This document shows positions 48,820 through 61,026 of a stretch of DNA of 64,000 bases, in pieces. The stretch's first letter is position 1. Every line of letters starts with the position of its first letter. The notes under the pieces were generated by a model. That model did not search any database. It had not been told where the DNA came from and saw nothing but the letters and a program-made list of their open reading frames with translations. The DNA is from Ignavibacteria bacterium (GTDB lineage Bacteria; Bacteroidota; Ignavibacteria; UBA10030; SZUA-254), in contig JACOSX010000129.1 of NCBI GenBank assembly GCA_016178625.1, forward strand, positions 3,898 to 67,897, written 5' to 3'. Position numbers and translations under genes: made by a program.

Positions 48820-50376
48820 ATGAAAGTTTCCAAATTCAAAAACGAACCTTACACAGATTGGTCGAAAGTTGCCAACCGGAAGAAACAACAAGCAGCGATC
48901 GCACAATTCGAGTCACAGCTCGGTAGGGAATACCCAAACATTATCGGTAGCGAGAAGCAGACAAATCAGAGTAAGTTTAACTCCCTCAACCCCTCGAACC
49001 CGGATCAAGTAGTCGGTATTTTTCAGCAAGGTACTGCCGACGACGCTGTCCGTGCTCTCGAGGTAGCCGCTAAAGTATTTGAAACGTGGAGCCGGGTGTC
49101 ACCGGATAAGAGGGCGACGTATCTTTTCAAAGCTGCGAAAGCCATGCGCAGGCGCCGCTATGAATTGAACGCCATCCAGATCTTCGAAGTTGGGAAAAGC
49201 TGGTCCGAAGCTGATGCCGATGTCGCGGAAGCGATCGACTTCTGCGAGTTCTATGGGCGCGAGATGCTGCGGTACGCCTCAATGAAACCCTCTGTTCAAC
49301 TTCCGGGCGAGAAGAATGAGCTCATGTACATCCCACTAGGGGTAGGTGTTGTCATCCCTCCGTGGAATTTTCCGCTGGCAATTCTCACCGGCATGACGGT
49401 GGCGGCGGTCGTTACAGGAAATACCGTTATCTTAAAACCCTCAAGCGATTCGCCACTGAACGGCTATGTACTGATCGAGATTATGGAAGAAGTCGGGTTG
49501 CCGCCAGGCGTGGTCAATTTTGTCGCGGGACCCGGTGGGGCTGTCGGCGATACGCTGGTGAAACATCCGAAGACACGTTTTGTCGCGTTCACAGGATCGA
49601 AGGAAGTTGGCATCCACATTTATGCCGAGGCGGCAAAAGTTCAGCCGGGACAGCGTTGGCTCAAACGTGTTATTGCAGAAATGGGTGGGAAGGATTCAAT
49701 CATCGTCGATAGCGAAACAAATCTTGATGAAGCTGCGGCTGGGGTGACGGTCTCGGCGTTCGGTTTCCAGGGGCAGAAATGCTCTGCCTGTTCCCGTGTC
49801 ATCGTCCATGAAAAAATCTATGATAAGTTTGTCGACCTGCTGAAAAAGCGAGCAGAATCGATCACGATCGGACCGGCGAAAGAATTGAGCAACTACATGG
49901 GTCCAGTGATAAACAAGCGATCGATGGAAACCATCCAGCGATACATCGATAAAGGTGTGAGCGAGGGGGGACGCCTGATTGCCGGAGGTAGTCCTGCAGG
50001 CGGAAAAGGATATTTCTTGCGTCCAACCGTCATTGCGGATGTCGATCCGAAAGGAACAATCTCGCAGGAAGAAATCTTTGGTCCTGTCCTTGCAGTCATC
50101 AAAGCCAAAGACTTCGATCATGCACTCGAGATTGCCAACAATACAGAGTTCGGTTTGACAGGAGCAGTGTACACGAAGAACAAGAAAAAGCTCGAGAAGG
50201 CAAAGGCGGAATTCTTCTGCGGCAATCTCTATCTTAATCGTAAGTGCACAGGCGCGATGGTCGGTGCACATCCATTCGGTGGTTTCAACATGAGTGGAAC
50301 TGATTCGAAAGCGGGCGGGCAGGATTACTTGTTGCTGTTCCTGCAAGCGAAATCAGTGGCGACGAAAGTGAAATAA
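48820..50376 (+). CDS. pruA: Delta-1-pyrroline-5-carboxylate dehydrogenase
   Basis: FKNEP, EAIDFCEFY, IPPWNFP, FTGSKEVG, EMGGKD, FGFQGQKCSACSR, EEIFGPV and SGTDSKAGG motifs. Confidence 0.93.
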   Translation: MKVSKFKNEPYTDWSKVANRKKQQAAIAQFESQLGREYPNIIGSEKQTNQSKFNSLNPSNPDQVVGIFQQGTADDAVRALEVAAKVFETWSRVSPDKRATYLFKAAKAMRRRRYELNAIQIFEVGKSWSEADADVAEAIDFCEFYGREMLRYASMKPSVQLPGEKNELMYIPLGVGVVIPPWNFPLAILTGMTVAAVVTGNTVILKPSSDSPLNGYVLIEIMEEVGLPPGVVNFVAGPGGAVGDTLVKHPKTRFVAFTGSKEVGIHIYAEAAKVQPGQRWLKRVIAEMGGKDSIIVDSETNLDEAAAGVTVSAFGFQGQKCSACSRVIVHEKIYDKFVDLLKKRAESITIGPAKELSNYMGPVINKRSMETIQRYIDKGVSEGGRLIAGGSPAGGKGYFLRPTVIADVDPKGTISQEEIFGPVLAVIKAKDFDHALEIANNTEFGLTGAVYTKNKKKLEKAKAEFFCGNLYLNRKCTGAMVGAHPFGGFNMSGTDSKAGGQDYLLLFLQAKSVATKVK

Positions 50377-50378
50377 AC

Positions 50379-50444
50379 AATTCATGATTCAGGATGCAAG
50401 GTTCATATCGCATTACCTCCATCGTGAATCTTCAATGAGGAATT
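50379..50444. repeat. Degenerate inverted 7-mer arrays with no enclosed gene
   Basis: aattcat gattcag gatgcaa ggttcat ... ctccatc gtgaatc ttcaatg aggaatt. Confidence 0.55.
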
Positions 50445-50473
50445 CAATATAGCTAGGTTATGCCGGAGACAGA

Positions 50474-51637
50474 ATGAAAATCCATGAATATCAAGGGAAA
50501 GAAATCCTAAAGAAATACGGCGTTGCCGTCCCCAATGGGGGTGTTGCCTTCTCTGTTGACGAGGCGATGAACGTTGCCGAGAACCTCGGCGTCAACGTGT
50601 GGGTTGTGAAGGCGCAGATCCACGCTGGGGGCCGCGGGAAGGGCGGTGGTGTTAAGGTGGCAAAGAGTCTCGATGAAGTTCGTCAGTACGCGTCGCAGAT
50701 TCTCGGTATGACACTGGTGACACATCAGACCGGACCGGAGGGGAGAGTCGTGAAGCGGCTACTGATCGAGCAGGGTATCTCCATCGCGAAGGAACTGTAT
50801 GTCGGCATCACGCTTGATCGTACACGTTCTCAAAATGTTGTGATGGCTTCGACGGAAGGAGGAGTGGAAATCGAAAAAGTTGCAGCCGAGACTCCCGAGA
50901 AAATATTGAAGGACTATGTCAATCCCACCATCGGGTTTCGTGAATTCCAGGCGAGGAGGCTTGCCTTTGGGTTAGGTTTGAGCGGGGAAGCGTTCAAGAA
51001 TGGTGTCAAATTTTTATCCGCCCTGTACCGTGCCTACGAGGAAACGGATGCGTCACTTGCGGAAATCAATCCACTGGTGATCACGACAGATGGGCAAGTG
51101 CTGGCACTCGATGCCAAAATGACCTTCGATGACAATGCCCTCTTCCGCCATACGGATATGGCCGCAATGCGAGATCTCGATGAAGAAGAGCCGTTGGAAG
51201 TTGAGGCTTCGAAACATAATTTGAACTACATCAAGCTCGATGGTAACGTGGGGTGTATGGTGAACGGCGCGGGCCTCGCCATGGGTACAATGGATATCAT
51301 CAAACTTGCCGGCGGTGAACCGGCAAACTTCCTCGATGTCGGCGGTGGTGCGAATGTGAATACTGTCTCCAATGGCTTCAAGATCATCCTGTCCGACAAG
51401 AATGTGAAAGCCATTCTCATCAATATCTTCGGTGGGATCGTGCGATGCGACCGTGTGGCGAATGGTGTCGTTGAAGCGGCGAAGAATGTTCACGTGAATG
51501 TACCGGTTGTCGTGCGGCTCGAAGGCACGAATGCAAAGGAAGCCAGAGAGATTCTCGCCAATTCCGGGTTGAACTTTATGGTTGCCGGTAGTCTTCGGGA
51601 TGCAGCGGAGAAGGTGACAGCGGCAATCAAAAATTAG
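50474..51637 (+). CDS. sucC: Succinyl-CoA synthetase beta subunit
   Basis: [43 protein letters not shown] and [10 protein letters not shown] motifs. Confidence 0.98.
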   Translation: MKIHEYQGKEILKKYGVAVPNGGVAFSVDEAMNVAENLGVNVWVVKAQIHAGGRGKGGGVKVAKSLDEVRQYASQILGMTLVTHQTGPEGRVVKRLLIEQGISIAKELYVGITLDRTRSQNVVMASTEGGVEIEKVAAETPEKILKDYVNPTIGFREFQARRLAFGLGLSGEAFKNGVKFLSALYRAYEETDASLAEINPLVITTDGQVLALDAKMTFDDNALFRHTDMAAMRDLDEEEPLEVEASKHNLNYIKLDGNVGCMVNGAGLAMGTMDIIKLAGGEPANFLDVGGGANVNTVSNGFKIILSDKNVKAILINIFGGIVRCDRVANGVVEAAKNVHVNVPVVVRLEGTNAKEAREILANSGLNFMVAGSLRDAAEKVTAAIKN

Positions 51638-51663
51638 GAGTTCTCGTCCCCAACCTTAGACTC

Positions 51664-51696
51664 TTCTTGTTCGCAACCTCAGGCTGGGAACAAGAA
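51664..51696. repeat. Degenerate REP-like palindrome
   Basis: ttcttgttcgcaacct-c-aggctgggaacaagaa, with a partial copy at 51642-51656. Confidence 0.45.
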
Positions 51697-51733
51697 AACA
51701 AGATAAGACCAATTCAACATTAAGAGATAGACA

Positions 51734-52276
51734 ATGAAAAAAGTTAAGAGCATTAAAGCGATCAAAGACCCTTACAGCAAACGCATCCTATCGAACATTA
51801 TCAACAAGGATCCGCTTAAAATCTGCGCGCAAACGCCGGGAGAATTGCAACGACTCACTCGTGGATTGACTGAAAAGCAACTCAGCACGTCACCGAAACA
51901 AGGGAAGTGGTCAATTACACATCTTGTCAGTCACTTCTGTGATGCGGAATGGGCAATGGGCTTCCGAATTCGAATGGCGATTGCGCAGCCGGGACGTCAT
52001 TTTCAGGCATATGATCAGGACAAATGGGCTGATCATCTCTACTACAACAGGGCGAAGTGCCGAGAGAAATTAAACCTGTTCACCACCTTGCGAAAAGCGC
52101 ACTTGTCTCTTCTCAAGTCGCTGAAGCCCAATGAATGGCAGCGATATGGCATTCACGAAGAACGCGGCAAGGAAACCGTAGAGCGAATGATTCACATGTT
52201 AGCAGGACATGATGTGAATCATCTTAGGCAGGTCGACGCTCTTAGAAGATCATTATTGAAGAAGAGGAATCATTGA
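51734..52276 (+). CDS. DinB-family protein
   Basis: GKWS...[21 protein letters not shown] and AGHDVNHL motifs. Confidence 0.85.
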   Translation: MKKVKSIKAIKDPYSKRILSNIINKDPLKICAQTPGELQRLTRGLTEKQLSTSPKQGKWSITHLVSHFCDAEWAMGFRIRMAIAQPGRHFQAYDQDKWADHLYYNRAKCREKLNLFTTLRKAHLSLLKSLKPNEWQRYGIHEERGKETVERMIHMLAGHDVNHLRQVDALRRSLLKKRNH

Positions 52277-53757
52277 AGTTCAGCGAAGCATACGAGCCGG
52301 TCATTGGGCTCGAGGTTCATGCGCAACTATTGACAGAATCGAAGGCGTTTTGTGGATGCACGACGAAGTTCGGCAACGAACCGAATACAAATGTTTGTCC
52401 AATTTGTTTGGGAATGCCCGGAGTCCTTCCTGTTCTTAATAAGAATGTCGTAGAATTTGTAATACGCATGGGACTCGCGACGAATTGCAGGATTGCTCCT
52501 CGTTCCATCTTTGCGCGGAAGAATTACTTCTATCCTGATCTACCCAAAGGGTATCAGATCTCACAGTACGAAGAACCGATCTGCACAGGTGGATATGTCG
52601 AGATTGATCTCGAAGACGGCACCCGAAAGAAAATTGGTCTTACGCGCATTCACATGGAAGAAGACGCGGGGAAGTCCATTCACGACCAAGACGCTCAGAC
52701 ATTGATGGACATCAATCGATGTGGCGGTCCGCTGATCGAAATTGTCAGCGAGCCAGATGTGCGTTCGCCACGAGAGGCGTATCTCTACTTGTACAAGATT
52801 CGGCAGATTGTCACCTATCTTGGAATATGCGATGGGAATATGGAAGAGGGGAGCCTTCGTTGCGATGCCAATGTATCTGTGAGAAAGAAGGGTGAGACGT
52901 CATTCGGGACGAAGACCGAAGTGAAGAACATGAATTCATTCCGCAATGTCGAGCGGGCGATCGAGTTCGAAATGAACCGTCAGTTACGGATGCTTGAGGA
53001 CGGAGAAGCCGTTGTTCAAGAGACGCTGTTGTGGGATGCCGACAAAAACGCCGCGTACCCGATGCGTAGTAAAGAGGAGGCGCACGACTATCGCTACTTT
53101 CCTGATCCTGATCTGGTGCCGGTGCTTGTTGATGAGCCATGGATCGAGAGAGTGAAGTCGAACTTGCCTGAGCATCCAACCACGCGTCGGGATCGGTTCA
53201 TTTCGGAGTACAGTTTGCCATGGTACGATGCTAATATACTGTGCGAAGAAAGAGGAATTGCAGATTTTTTTGAAGCAGAAATTAGTCATCTCCATAAAGA
53301 TGATGGGGCAAAACAAAAAGAGAAAATTAAGTTGGTTGCTAATTGGGTAATGACCTCTGTGTTAAGGGAATTAGGCCAACGTAAGATCAGGATTGAGGAT
53401 TTCTCTTTGCCAACAGGCAGGCTTGCCAGTATGATCGAATTGCAAGTTGATGGTACGATTAGTTCCAGAATCTCGAAGGAATTGTGGGATGAAATGTTAG
53501 AATCGAATGAAGATCCAAAGGTGATCATTGAAAAGAAGGGTCTTGCTCAGGTTTCCGATGAAGGTGCCATTGAGAAAATTGTCAACGAAGTCCTTGAGAA
53601 GAACAAACTGCAAGTCGAGAAATTCCTCTCGGGGAGTGAGAGGGTATTCGGTTTCTTTGTTGGAGAAGTCATGAAGGCAACGAAGGGAAAGGCGAATCCA
53701 ACACTCGTCAATTCAATTTTAAAGAGAAGACTTTCAGAAACTGTTCTGTCCAAGTAA
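52273..53757 (+). CDS. gatB: Asp-tRNA(Asn)/Glu-tRNA(Gln) amidotransferase subunit B
   Basis: [46 protein letters not shown] and [10 protein letters not shown] motifs. Confidence 0.98.
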   Translation: MKFSEAYEPVIGLEVHAQLLTESKAFCGCTTKFGNEPNTNVCPICLGMPGVLPVLNKNVVEFVIRMGLATNCRIAPRSIFARKNYFYPDLPKGYQISQYEEPICTGGYVEIDLEDGTRKKIGLTRIHMEEDAGKSIHDQDAQTLMDINRCGGPLIEIVSEPDVRSPREAYLYLYKIRQIVTYLGICDGNMEEGSLRCDANVSVRKKGETSFGTKTEVKNMNSFRNVERAIEFEMNRQLRMLEDGEAVVQETLLWDADKNAAYPMRSKEEAHDYRYFPDPDLVPVLVDEPWIERVKSNLPEHPTTRRDRFISEYSLPWYDANILCEERGIADFFEAEISHLHKDDGAKQKEKIKLVANWVMTSVLRELGQRKIRIEDFSLPTGRLASMIELQVDGTISSRISKELWDEMLESNEDPKVIIEKKGLAQVSDEGAIEKIVNEVLEKNKLQVEKFLSGSERVFGFFVGEVMKATKGKANPTLVNSILKRRLSETVLSK

Positions 53758-53777
53758 GTTGAGCTCCTAACTCAGAT

Positions 53778-53805
53778 TGCACATCTTACGTCGCACATCG
53801 CACAT
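53778..53805. repeat. 7-mer tandem array (CGCACAT-like)
   Basis: tgcacat cttacgt cgcacat cgcacat upstream of tpiA. Confidence 0.55.
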
Positions 53806-53821
53806 CAAATAAAGGTTACCC

Positions 53822-54595
53822 ATGCGGAAGAAAGTAATTGCAGGCAACTGGAAAATGAACAAAGATATTCACGAGACAGCCGGACTCATAAACGAGCTGA
53901 AGGAACGAATAAAGGATTTTCAGAACGAGGTGGATGTTGTTCTCTGTCCGCCATTCACGTCGCTTGTAGTGGCGAAGTCGCTTGTTCAAGGCACGCCGAT
54001 GAAGCTCGGCGCACAGAATATGTCGCAGCACGATGATGGTGCATACACCGGCGAAGTCTCGGCGAGAATGCTCACAACTATCGGATGCGAGTATGTTATC
54101 CTCGGACACTCGGAGCGAAGGCAGTATTTCAAAGAGACTGATGATCTGGTGAACGCGAAAGTGAAGAAAGCACTTAAGGTTATGCTTACGCCGATCATCT
54201 GCGTCGGCGAAACGCTGGAAGAAAGAGAATCTGGCGTGACCGACAGAATCATCGCCGCGCAAATTAAAGGTGTCCTTCATGAACTCTCATCCGAAGAGAT
54301 TCAAAAGTGCATCATTGCCTATGAACCCGTCTGGGCGATCGGCACAGGGAAAAATGCAACGCCTGACCAGGCGAACCAGGTGCACAAGTTGATTCGAAAA
54401 CTTGTGAGTCAGTTGTTTTCCTGGAGCCTCGCGGAGAAGCTTGTCATCCAATATGGGGGTAGCATGAATGCGCAGAATGCAGCTGATCTACTCTCTCAAT
54501 CAGACATTGACGGAGGGCTGATTGGCGGTGCGAGCTTGAAGTCAGATACCTTCATGGCAATCGTGCAGGCGGGAGTAGAGGCGCGCATCCCCTGA
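53822..54595 (+). CDS. tpiA: Triosephosphate isomerase
   Basis: IAGNWKMN, GAYTGE, ILGHSERR, AYEPVWAIGTG, YGGS and GLIGGASL motifs. Confidence 0.98.
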   Translation: MRKKVIAGNWKMNKDIHETAGLINELKERIKDFQNEVDVVLCPPFTSLVVAKSLVQGTPMKLGAQNMSQHDDGAYTGEVSARMLTTIGCEYVILGHSERRQYFKETDDLVNAKVKKALKVMLTPIICVGETLEERESGVTDRIIAAQIKGVLHELSSEEIQKCIIAYEPVWAIGTGKNATPDQANQVHKLIRKLVSQLFSWSLAEKLVIQYGGSMNAQNAADLLSQSDIDGGLIGGASLKSDTFMAIVQAGVEARIP

Positions 54596-54640
54596 GTCAG
54601 CATTTTTGCCAAGTAATATTGAAAAATCCCCACATTCCCA

Positions 54641-54669
54641 TTGCTTTCCCATCACTTTTTTATTATATT
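54641..54669 (+). promoter_or_regulatory. Sigma70-type promoter for the GH2-smc-lpx run
   Basis: TTGCTT-17 nt-TATATT. Confidence 0.55.
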
Positions 54670-54693
54670 TGAAGGATTAGTGCGTGATTAGGC

Positions 54694-57411
54694 GTGTCTT
54701 TAGCGATTTTGCTCAGTGAGAAAGCCCGTCGCATTGAGCGAGGGTGTGTTTTCGTACTGACGATTGTCAGATCCATAAACATCAAAACAACAGCACATAC
54801 ACGTGGGTTGTGCGGACATCTTGGATGTGCGCTCATTGCTTTGTTCCTTCCTGCCATTGGATTATCCCAATTTCCACCCGGTGAAATAAAATTCTTCGAG
54901 AACGGACAAGCGACCCCTAACGGAGTTGATGCTGCCATGTTCCCTGATACTCCGACCCGGATGAAAATCGATCTCGCCGGCGCATGGAATTATAGTATCG
55001 ATGGAAAAACATGGAGTTCGGTATCTGTCCCGAGCGCTTACGACTTCGCAGGGAAAGTTGTGTTCAGGAGGACATTCGAGGTGAAGGCCGAGATGCTGGA
55101 TAGGTACACATTCTTTGTGGTAGGCTACGGCATCAATTACCAGAGTGAGATCAATATCAACGGTAATTTCATCGGACGGCACACCGGCGGATATTCATCG
55201 TTTGTCCTACCAATTCAACCGAATATTTTGCAGGTCGGCTCGGAAAACGCCATTCGAATTTCCGTCGATAACGAGTTGACGCCGAAAACAACTCTACCCC
55301 TGCGTCAACAAATAGGTGGCTGGCGGACGTACGGTGGAATTTTTCGCGACATCTACATCCTTGCAACACCAAAATTGTATGTTGAAAACATGGATGTACA
55401 ACCCGAGATCGTGAATGATGCAAAGGGTGAAGTCAAATTAGCAAAAGTTTTTGTTAGCACAGATATCACTGATCGAGGCTCAGGAGCCCAAAGTCTATCG
55501 GGTGGTTTGCTCGGGTTCCAGGTCGAAGCCTATGACAAGTTGAGCAATGAATTGGTGGGACGGAGTGGAATTTCGCCGATCTCAGTGCAAGTAAATAAAT
55601 CGGTGAGTATAAACGCAGAGGTTATTCTGGCGGCACCTAAATTGTGGTTCCCAGAGGCACCTGATTTATATATCCTGAAATGTGAAATTGTTCGCGTTGT
55701 CAACAAAGAAGTCACTCTCCTTGATGAGTTTGATTCCAATGTTGGTATAAGAGATCTTCGATGGAAGGATGGTCATCTCTATATCAACAATATACAAACG
55801 CCGTTGAAGGGGATCCTGTGGCAGGGCGATCACTCCACCTTTGGGTCAGCAATGACGTACGAGGCGCTTGAACGTGATATCGCATCCATAAAAGCCTTAG
55901 GCGCGAACCTCGTCAGGTTTCTTTGTCCTCCTCATCCATATATGCTCAACTTATGCGATCGGTATGGATTGCTCGTCATGGAAGAGATTCCGGTCGTCGG
56001 TGTTCCGGCAGAAATCCTTTCGAAAGATTACTACGTGGAAATCGCGACTACCTATGCAAAAGAGATGGTTGAGCGGGATAAACTTCATGTGTCCTTGCTT
56101 GCATGGGGAATTGGTGACGAGTTTGAAACTACCGCTCCCAACTCATGCGATTATGTCAACGTTCTACGCAATATCATCAAGGCGATAGATCAGCACTCGG
56201 TATATTTCGCAACGCGCTATGTGAATGATCCCTGTTTCGAGTATGCTGATTTGATCGCGGTGAACAATTACGGCGGCGATGTGAAGGGATTCCGCGATGC
56301 ACTGAAGCGCTGCAAGGCACAGCATCCCGATAAACCAATACTCGTGTCGCGGTATGGAAGAGACGTTGAGCCCGGAAACCATAACGGATACAGTGACCCA
56401 CTCTCGATGGAATCACAGGCACGATATGCACTCCAATGTTACGAAGCGATCAAGGATGCTAAAGTCGCGGGAAGTGTGCTCTGGTCGTTCAACGATTGGC
56501 GTACCGACCGAGCGGCGCTGACCACACATGCGGATGATCCCTATCTCCATACCACGGGAATTGTAAGTTACGAACGCGAGAAGCGGACTGCATTTGACAT
56601 TGTTCGCGCCATGTTCAACGGTGAAAAATCGCAAGCGCTGCCGGTAGGGAACTACTCATCGAATGCGCCCATCATTTTTGTTTTGGCAGGCTTTGTTGCG
56701 CTCGTCTCTTTTGCATTCATTTACAACGGCAATCGGCGGTTCAGAGAGTGTGTGAACCGATCATTATTCCGGACATATAACTTCTTTGCCGACGTCCGCG
56801 ATCAACGGATTTTGACATACGCACACTCGATATTCCTCGCTGCCATTGTCTCGGTCACATGGGCAACTCTTCTCTCCAGCATCTTCTCCCATTATCGAGA
56901 GAACCTCCTCCTTGATAATCTCCTCAGTCAATTTATGTCGGATGGAGTAAAAGAATGGTTCATTCACCTTGTCTGGAATCCTCTGAAGTTCATTCTCGTG
57001 ATCTCAGGAATCATTTTCCTGAAACTCCTCGTGCTTGCATTGATGGTGCGATTATTTTCCATGATGGTTCGGACACATGTCTATTTCTATCATGCCTTCT
57101 CCATCACCATGTGGTCGCTCCTTCCGTACATTGTCCTTATACCGATCGCAATGATTCTGTATCGATTGATGGAGACAGAATTCTACATCGTACCTGTTTT
57201 TGTGGTCGTTGGAATAACGAGCATCTGGGTATTGGTTCGATTGCTGAAGGGGATCTCCATCATCTATGATGTGTTCCCAATGAAAGTCTATGCCGTGAGT
57301 ATTCTTGTCATAGTAGTTGCGACGGCGGCAGTATATGGGTATCTTGATTACACGAAGTCAACGACCGTCTATCTGAAATACATGGTACAATCGCTGAGAA
57401 CCTCAGTGTGA
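54694..57411 (+). CDS. GH2-like periplasmic domain fused to a C-terminal multi-pass membrane domain
   Basis: [34 protein letters not shown] and WGIGDE motifs; about 6 TM helices in the last ~260 aa; start uncertain. Confidence 0.85.
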   Translation: MSLAILLSEKARRIERGCVFVLTIVRSINIKTTAHTRGLCGHLGCALIALFLPAIGLSQFPPGEIKFFENGQATPNGVDAAMFPDTPTRMKIDLAGAWNYSIDGKTWSSVSVPSAYDFAGKVVFRRTFEVKAEMLDRYTFFVVGYGINYQSEININGNFIGRHTGGYSSFVLPIQPNILQVGSENAIRISVDNELTPKTTLPLRQQIGGWRTYGGIFRDIYILATPKLYVENMDVQPEIVNDAKGEVKLAKVFVSTDITDRGSGAQSLSGGLLGFQVEAYDKLSNELVGRSGISPISVQVNKSVSINAEVILAAPKLWFPEAPDLYILKCEIVRVVNKEVTLLDEFDSNVGIRDLRWKDGHLYINNIQTPLKGILWQGDHSTFGSAMTYEALERDIASIKALGANLVRFLCPPHPYMLNLCDRYGLLVMEEIPVVGVPAEILSKDYYVEIATTYAKEMVERDKLHVSLLAWGIGDEFETTAPNSCDYVNVLRNIIKAIDQHSVYFATRYVNDPCFEYADLIAVNNYGGDVKGFRDALKRCKAQHPDKPILVSRYGRDVEPGNHNGYSDPLSMESQARYALQCYEAIKDAKVAGSVLWSFNDWRTDRAALTTHADDPYLHTTGIVSYEREKRTAFDIVRAMFNGEKSQALPVGNYSSNAPIIFVLAGFVALVSFAFIYNGNRRFRECVNRSLFRTYNFFADVRDQRILTYAHSIFLAAIVSVTWATLLSSIFSHYRENLLLDNLLSQFMSDGVKEWFIHLVWNPLKFILVISGIIFLKLLVLALMVRLFSMMVRTHVYFYHAFSITMWSLLPYIVLIPIAMILYRLMETEFYIVPVFVVVGITSIWVLVRLLKGISIIYDVFPMKVYAVSILVIVVATAAVYGYLDYTKSTTVYLKYMVQSLRTSV

Positions 57412-57420
57412 GGAGCCGAA

Positions 57421-60400
57421 ATGTATCTTTCCAAAATTGAAGTCATAGGATTCAAGTCGTTTGCCCAGCGGATCAATGTGAATTTTGACGCCGGTGTTAC
57501 GGCTATCGTTGGACCGAACGGCTGCGGCAAAACGAACATCGTTGATGCAATCCGTTGGGCATTGGGGGAACAGCGCTACAGTACGCTGCGGTCCGATAAA
57601 ATGGAAGACGTGATCTTCAATGGAACGAAGAACCGTAAACCTCTTGGACTTGCGGAGGTCTCCCTGACGATTGAAAATACGAAAGGCATTCTACCAACAG
57701 AGTATTCCGAAGTCACCATCACGCGACGCGTGTTCCGCTCCGGCGAGAGCGAATATCTCCTGAATAAGGTTCCCTGTCGGCTGAAAGACATTCTTGATCT
57801 CTTCATGGATACCGGAATGGGGAGTGATGCATATTCCGTCATCGAATTGAAGATGGTGGAATCCATCCTCAGTGACAAGACTGATGAACGCCGGCGATTG
57901 TTTGAGGAAGCGGCGGGGGTGACAAAATACAAGCATCGCCGGAAGGCGGCAATTCGTAAACTCGAAAGCGTTCAGCAAGACCTCGCTCGCGTGAATGACA
58001 TTGTGAAGGAAGTTCAGAAGACGGTCGGTTCATTGGAGCGCCAGGCAAAAAAAGCGGAACAGTATAATGAAGTCTCAAGTCGTCTGAAGGCAATCGAGAT
58101 TGATCTCCTCGAACGTGAATATGCGTATCTTCATCACAAGGTCGCCCCGCTGGAAGAAAAATTTCGTCTTGCAAGTGCCGATAAGTCGCAGATCGATGAG
58201 GCACTCCGGTCACAGGAAGCACAGGTTGATCAGCTTCGAGAAGCTTTGACCGAGATTGAGCGCCAGTTGAGAGATGTGCAGGAGAAGGCATCCTCTCAGT
58301 TTGAGACGATCCACCGGGTCGAGGAACGAATCCTCGTTTCCAAGGAACGTCGCAACTCTCTCGTCGGAAATATGGAGCGATATGAGAAGGAAAAATCTGA
58401 TCTGCAGTCGCAGAATGAACTTCTCGAGCAAGAAAAAACGGCCCTCCGGTCTCGCAAAGACCTTCTCCTCCAGAAGTTTACCTCCTTGGAAACTGAATAT
58501 TCGCGAGTAAAGGAGGAATGGTTGTCCGAAGGAAAAGCTCTCGAAACGAAGAAAGTCTATGTCCAATTTCTGAAAGACTCTCTCCTCAGGCTCGCGCATG
58601 ATATTGTTCAGAAACGCGGTGAGCAGGAACGACTGAAGGCGCGCATCGACAACCTCAGGGGTCGGATCGAGCGTTCGCTCGAAGACAATGCCCTGTACGA
58701 ATCAGACATCGCCAAGAACCAAGAAAATGTCTCCCAACTGACTGCTCAGGACCGAGATTTCCGTCGACGATTCGTCGAGGCAGAGATGCACCTGTATGAG
58801 CGTGAGCAATCCAAAAAGGAATTGAAGATAGAGATTGAGAAACTCCAGAAGAAGACTCTTGAGTATACGCATGAAATCGAACGGCGCACTGCGAAAGTAG
58901 AATTTCTCCACCGCATGTTGGAGAACAGCGAAGGATATTCTGAAGGTACAAAGTACATTCTCAATCATGAGGGATGGAGGAAAAAACGCATTACGACGGT
59001 TGCGGATGTTATCGAGGCGCAAGAGAAATATCGCGCGGCGATCGAAGCGGCACTTGCCGACGCAGCGAATGTTCTTGTCGTCGAGAAGGTTGAGGACGGC
59101 TATGCAGCGGTAGAAGAGTTGAAGCGGGAGAATAAGGGAAAAGCATCGTTCGTTTGCCTCCAATGGGTTCCGAAGATTCGTCACAAGAACAAAAAGGAAG
59201 CAAGCCGTTCTTATGTTTGGGCGGCAGATGTTGTACGTTGCAAAGAGATGTACCGGCCGCTGATAAATTTCTTGCTTGATGATGTGATCGTCGTTGAGAC
59301 GCTCGCAGTTGGCACCCAGGTCTTGTTGAATCTGACTGGCGTCCGTTGCATAACGCTTGATGGGCAAATTGTCACCACCGCAGGAATGTTGCGCGGTGGC
59401 AGTCAGCGCTTCGATGAGGGTGGCTTGATCAGTAAAAAAACGCAAATCACCGAACTCGAGAGGGAAATTAACGGTTACCGGGATACGTTGAACTCCATCT
59501 CATTGCAAGAAACTGATCTGCTCAAGCGACATGATGCACTGGACATGAAGCCCTTCATCGATGTGGTCAAGACCATCGAGAAAGAGATGACGGGAATCGA
59601 GATGCGCATCGCTCAGCTGGAGTTTGAAAAGAAGCGTGCAAACGACGGCATCGAGCGCAACCGAACTGAAATTGAGACACTGGAACACGAGATTCTCGAG
59701 ATCCAACATCAGCATGAGGGCGGTGCCGACGACCTGACGACGATGGAACAAAGGAATGGTGAGCATGAATCGCTTGCCGGTGTTGCTGGCCGAGAGCTCG
59801 AGGCGATGGAGCTTCATTGGAATGAAAAAACCAAGGCTGTAAGTGAACTCGAGATTAAAGTAGTAACGCTCCAGGGTGATATGCGAAACATCGAGCGTGA
59901 CATTGAACGCGCCGATGCTCGCACGAATGACATCGCGGTAACCCTCACGCGTCGCGATGAAGAAATCGCCCATGCCGCAGAAGAAATCACGCATCTCTCG
60001 ACGGATATTCAAAACAATGATCAAGAAGCTGCGGCGCTGCGAAGTGAATTCCAGCATCTCGAGGATAGTAAGAAGGGAATCGAACAATCGTACGCTGCGA
60101 AACGAAACGAACTTCATCAGATCGAACTCAGGATCAAAGACGAACGACGTCTCCATGATGACTCGGTTGCAACCGCCCATGAACTCGAGATGAAGATCTC
60201 AGAATTGAAATCAAATATTGACCATTTGAAACTCCGCGCCCAAGAAGAATTCGAATTTGAACTTCAACTGAAAACTTACCCGGAAGACGAGTGGGTTGAC
60301 TTTGCTCATCTTCGGGAAGAAGTCAAAAACCTGAAGGATCGTATCAGGATTCTCGGAGCGATCAACTTTGCCGCGTTCGACGAATTCACCACTGAGAGTG

Positions 60401-60984
60401 AACGGCTTAACTTCCTTACGCAACAACGCGATGACCTCCTCGAAGCGGAGAAAACACTTCTCAATACGATCGAAGAGATCAACGCGACAGCTCAACGGAT
60501 ATTCCTTGCAACGTTTCTGAAGATCCGGGAGAATTTCATCACCATCTTCAAAGAGCTATTCATGGAGGGAGATGAATGCGACCTCCGGATTGAAGAAGGA
60601 GTAGATCCGCTTGAGGCTACCATCGAGATCATTGCCAAACCACGTGGGAAGCGCCCAACGTCTATCGATCTCCTTTCGGGGGGTGAGAAAACGTTGACAG
60701 CTATCGCTTTGCTTTTTGCAATTTATCTCGTTAAGCCAAGTCCTTTCTGTATCCTTGATGAGGTCGATGCGCCATTGGATGATTCCAATATTGATCGGTA
60801 CACGCGCATCCTGAAGAAGTTTTCAAGTAATACCCAATTCATCGTCGTGACGCACAATAAACGCACCATGGAAGCTGCGAGCGCTCTGTACGGGGTGACG
60901 ATGGAGGAGGAAGGAATTTCTAAGATTGTCACCGTGCGCTTCAATGAGGAAGCGCGTGTGGGTTCTGCAGCCGTAACAGGCTAA
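57421..60984 (+). CDS. smc: Chromosome segregation protein SMC
   Basis: [15 protein letters not shown], long coiled coils with a hinge, [16 protein letters not shown] and VTHNK. Confidence 0.97.
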   Translation: MYLSKIEVIGFKSFAQRINVNFDAGVTAIVGPNGCGKTNIVDAIRWALGEQRYSTLRSDKMEDVIFNGTKNRKPLGLAEVSLTIENTKGILPTEYSEVTITRRVFRSGESEYLLNKVPCRLKDILDLFMDTGMGSDAYSVIELKMVESILSDKTDERRRLFEEAAGVTKYKHRRKAAIRKLESVQQDLARVNDIVKEVQKTVGSLERQAKKAEQYNEVSSRLKAIEIDLLEREYAYLHHKVAPLEEKFRLASADKSQIDEALRSQEAQVDQLREALTEIERQLRDVQEKASSQFETIHRVEERILVSKERRNSLVGNMERYEKEKSDLQSQNELLEQEKTALRSRKDLLLQKFTSLETEYSRVKEEWLSEGKALETKKVYVQFLKDSLLRLAHDIVQKRGEQERLKARIDNLRGRIERSLEDNALYESDIAKNQENVSQLTAQDRDFRRRFVEAEMHLYEREQSKKELKIEIEKLQKKTLEYTHEIERRTAKVEFLHRMLENSEGYSEGTKYILNHEGWRKKRITTVADVIEAQEKYRAAIEAALADAANVLVVEKVEDGYAAVEELKRENKGKASFVCLQWVPKIRHKNKKEASRSYVWAADVVRCKEMYRPLINFLLDDVIVVETLAVGTQVLLNLTGVRCITLDGQIVTTAGMLRGGSQRFDEGGLISKKTQITELEREINGYRDTLNSISLQETDLLKRHDALDMKPFIDVVKTIEKEMTGIEMRIAQLEFEKKRANDGIERNRTEIETLEHEILEIQHQHEGGADDLTTMEQRNGEHESLAGVAGRELEAMELHWNEKTKAVSELEIKVVTLQGDMRNIERDIERADARTNDIAVTLTRRDEEIAHAAEEITHLSTDIQNNDQEAAALRSEFQHLEDSKKGIEQSYAAKRNELHQIELRIKDERRLHDDSVATAHELEMKISELKSNIDHLKLRAQEEFEFELQLKTYPEDEWVDFAHLREEVKNLKDRIRILGAINFAAFDEFTTESERLNFLTQQRDDLLEAEKTLLNTIEEINATAQRIFLATFLKIRENFITIFKELFMEGDECDLRIEEGVDPLEATIEIIAKPRGKRPTSIDLLSGGEKTLTAIALLFAIYLVKPSPFCILDEVDAPLDDSNIDRYTRILKKFSSNTQFIVVTHNKRTMEAASALYGVTMEEEGISKIVTVRFNEEARVGSAAVTG

Positions 60985-61026
60985 GGCTCGGTTTCTACTC
61001 AATAAGTATTACGAAATTCCTGTTTG

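Noticed and set aside
50474-51637. sucC without adjacent sucD; tpiA separated from gap-pgk
   Set aside because: Unlinked arrangements are common in this lineage and are not informative.
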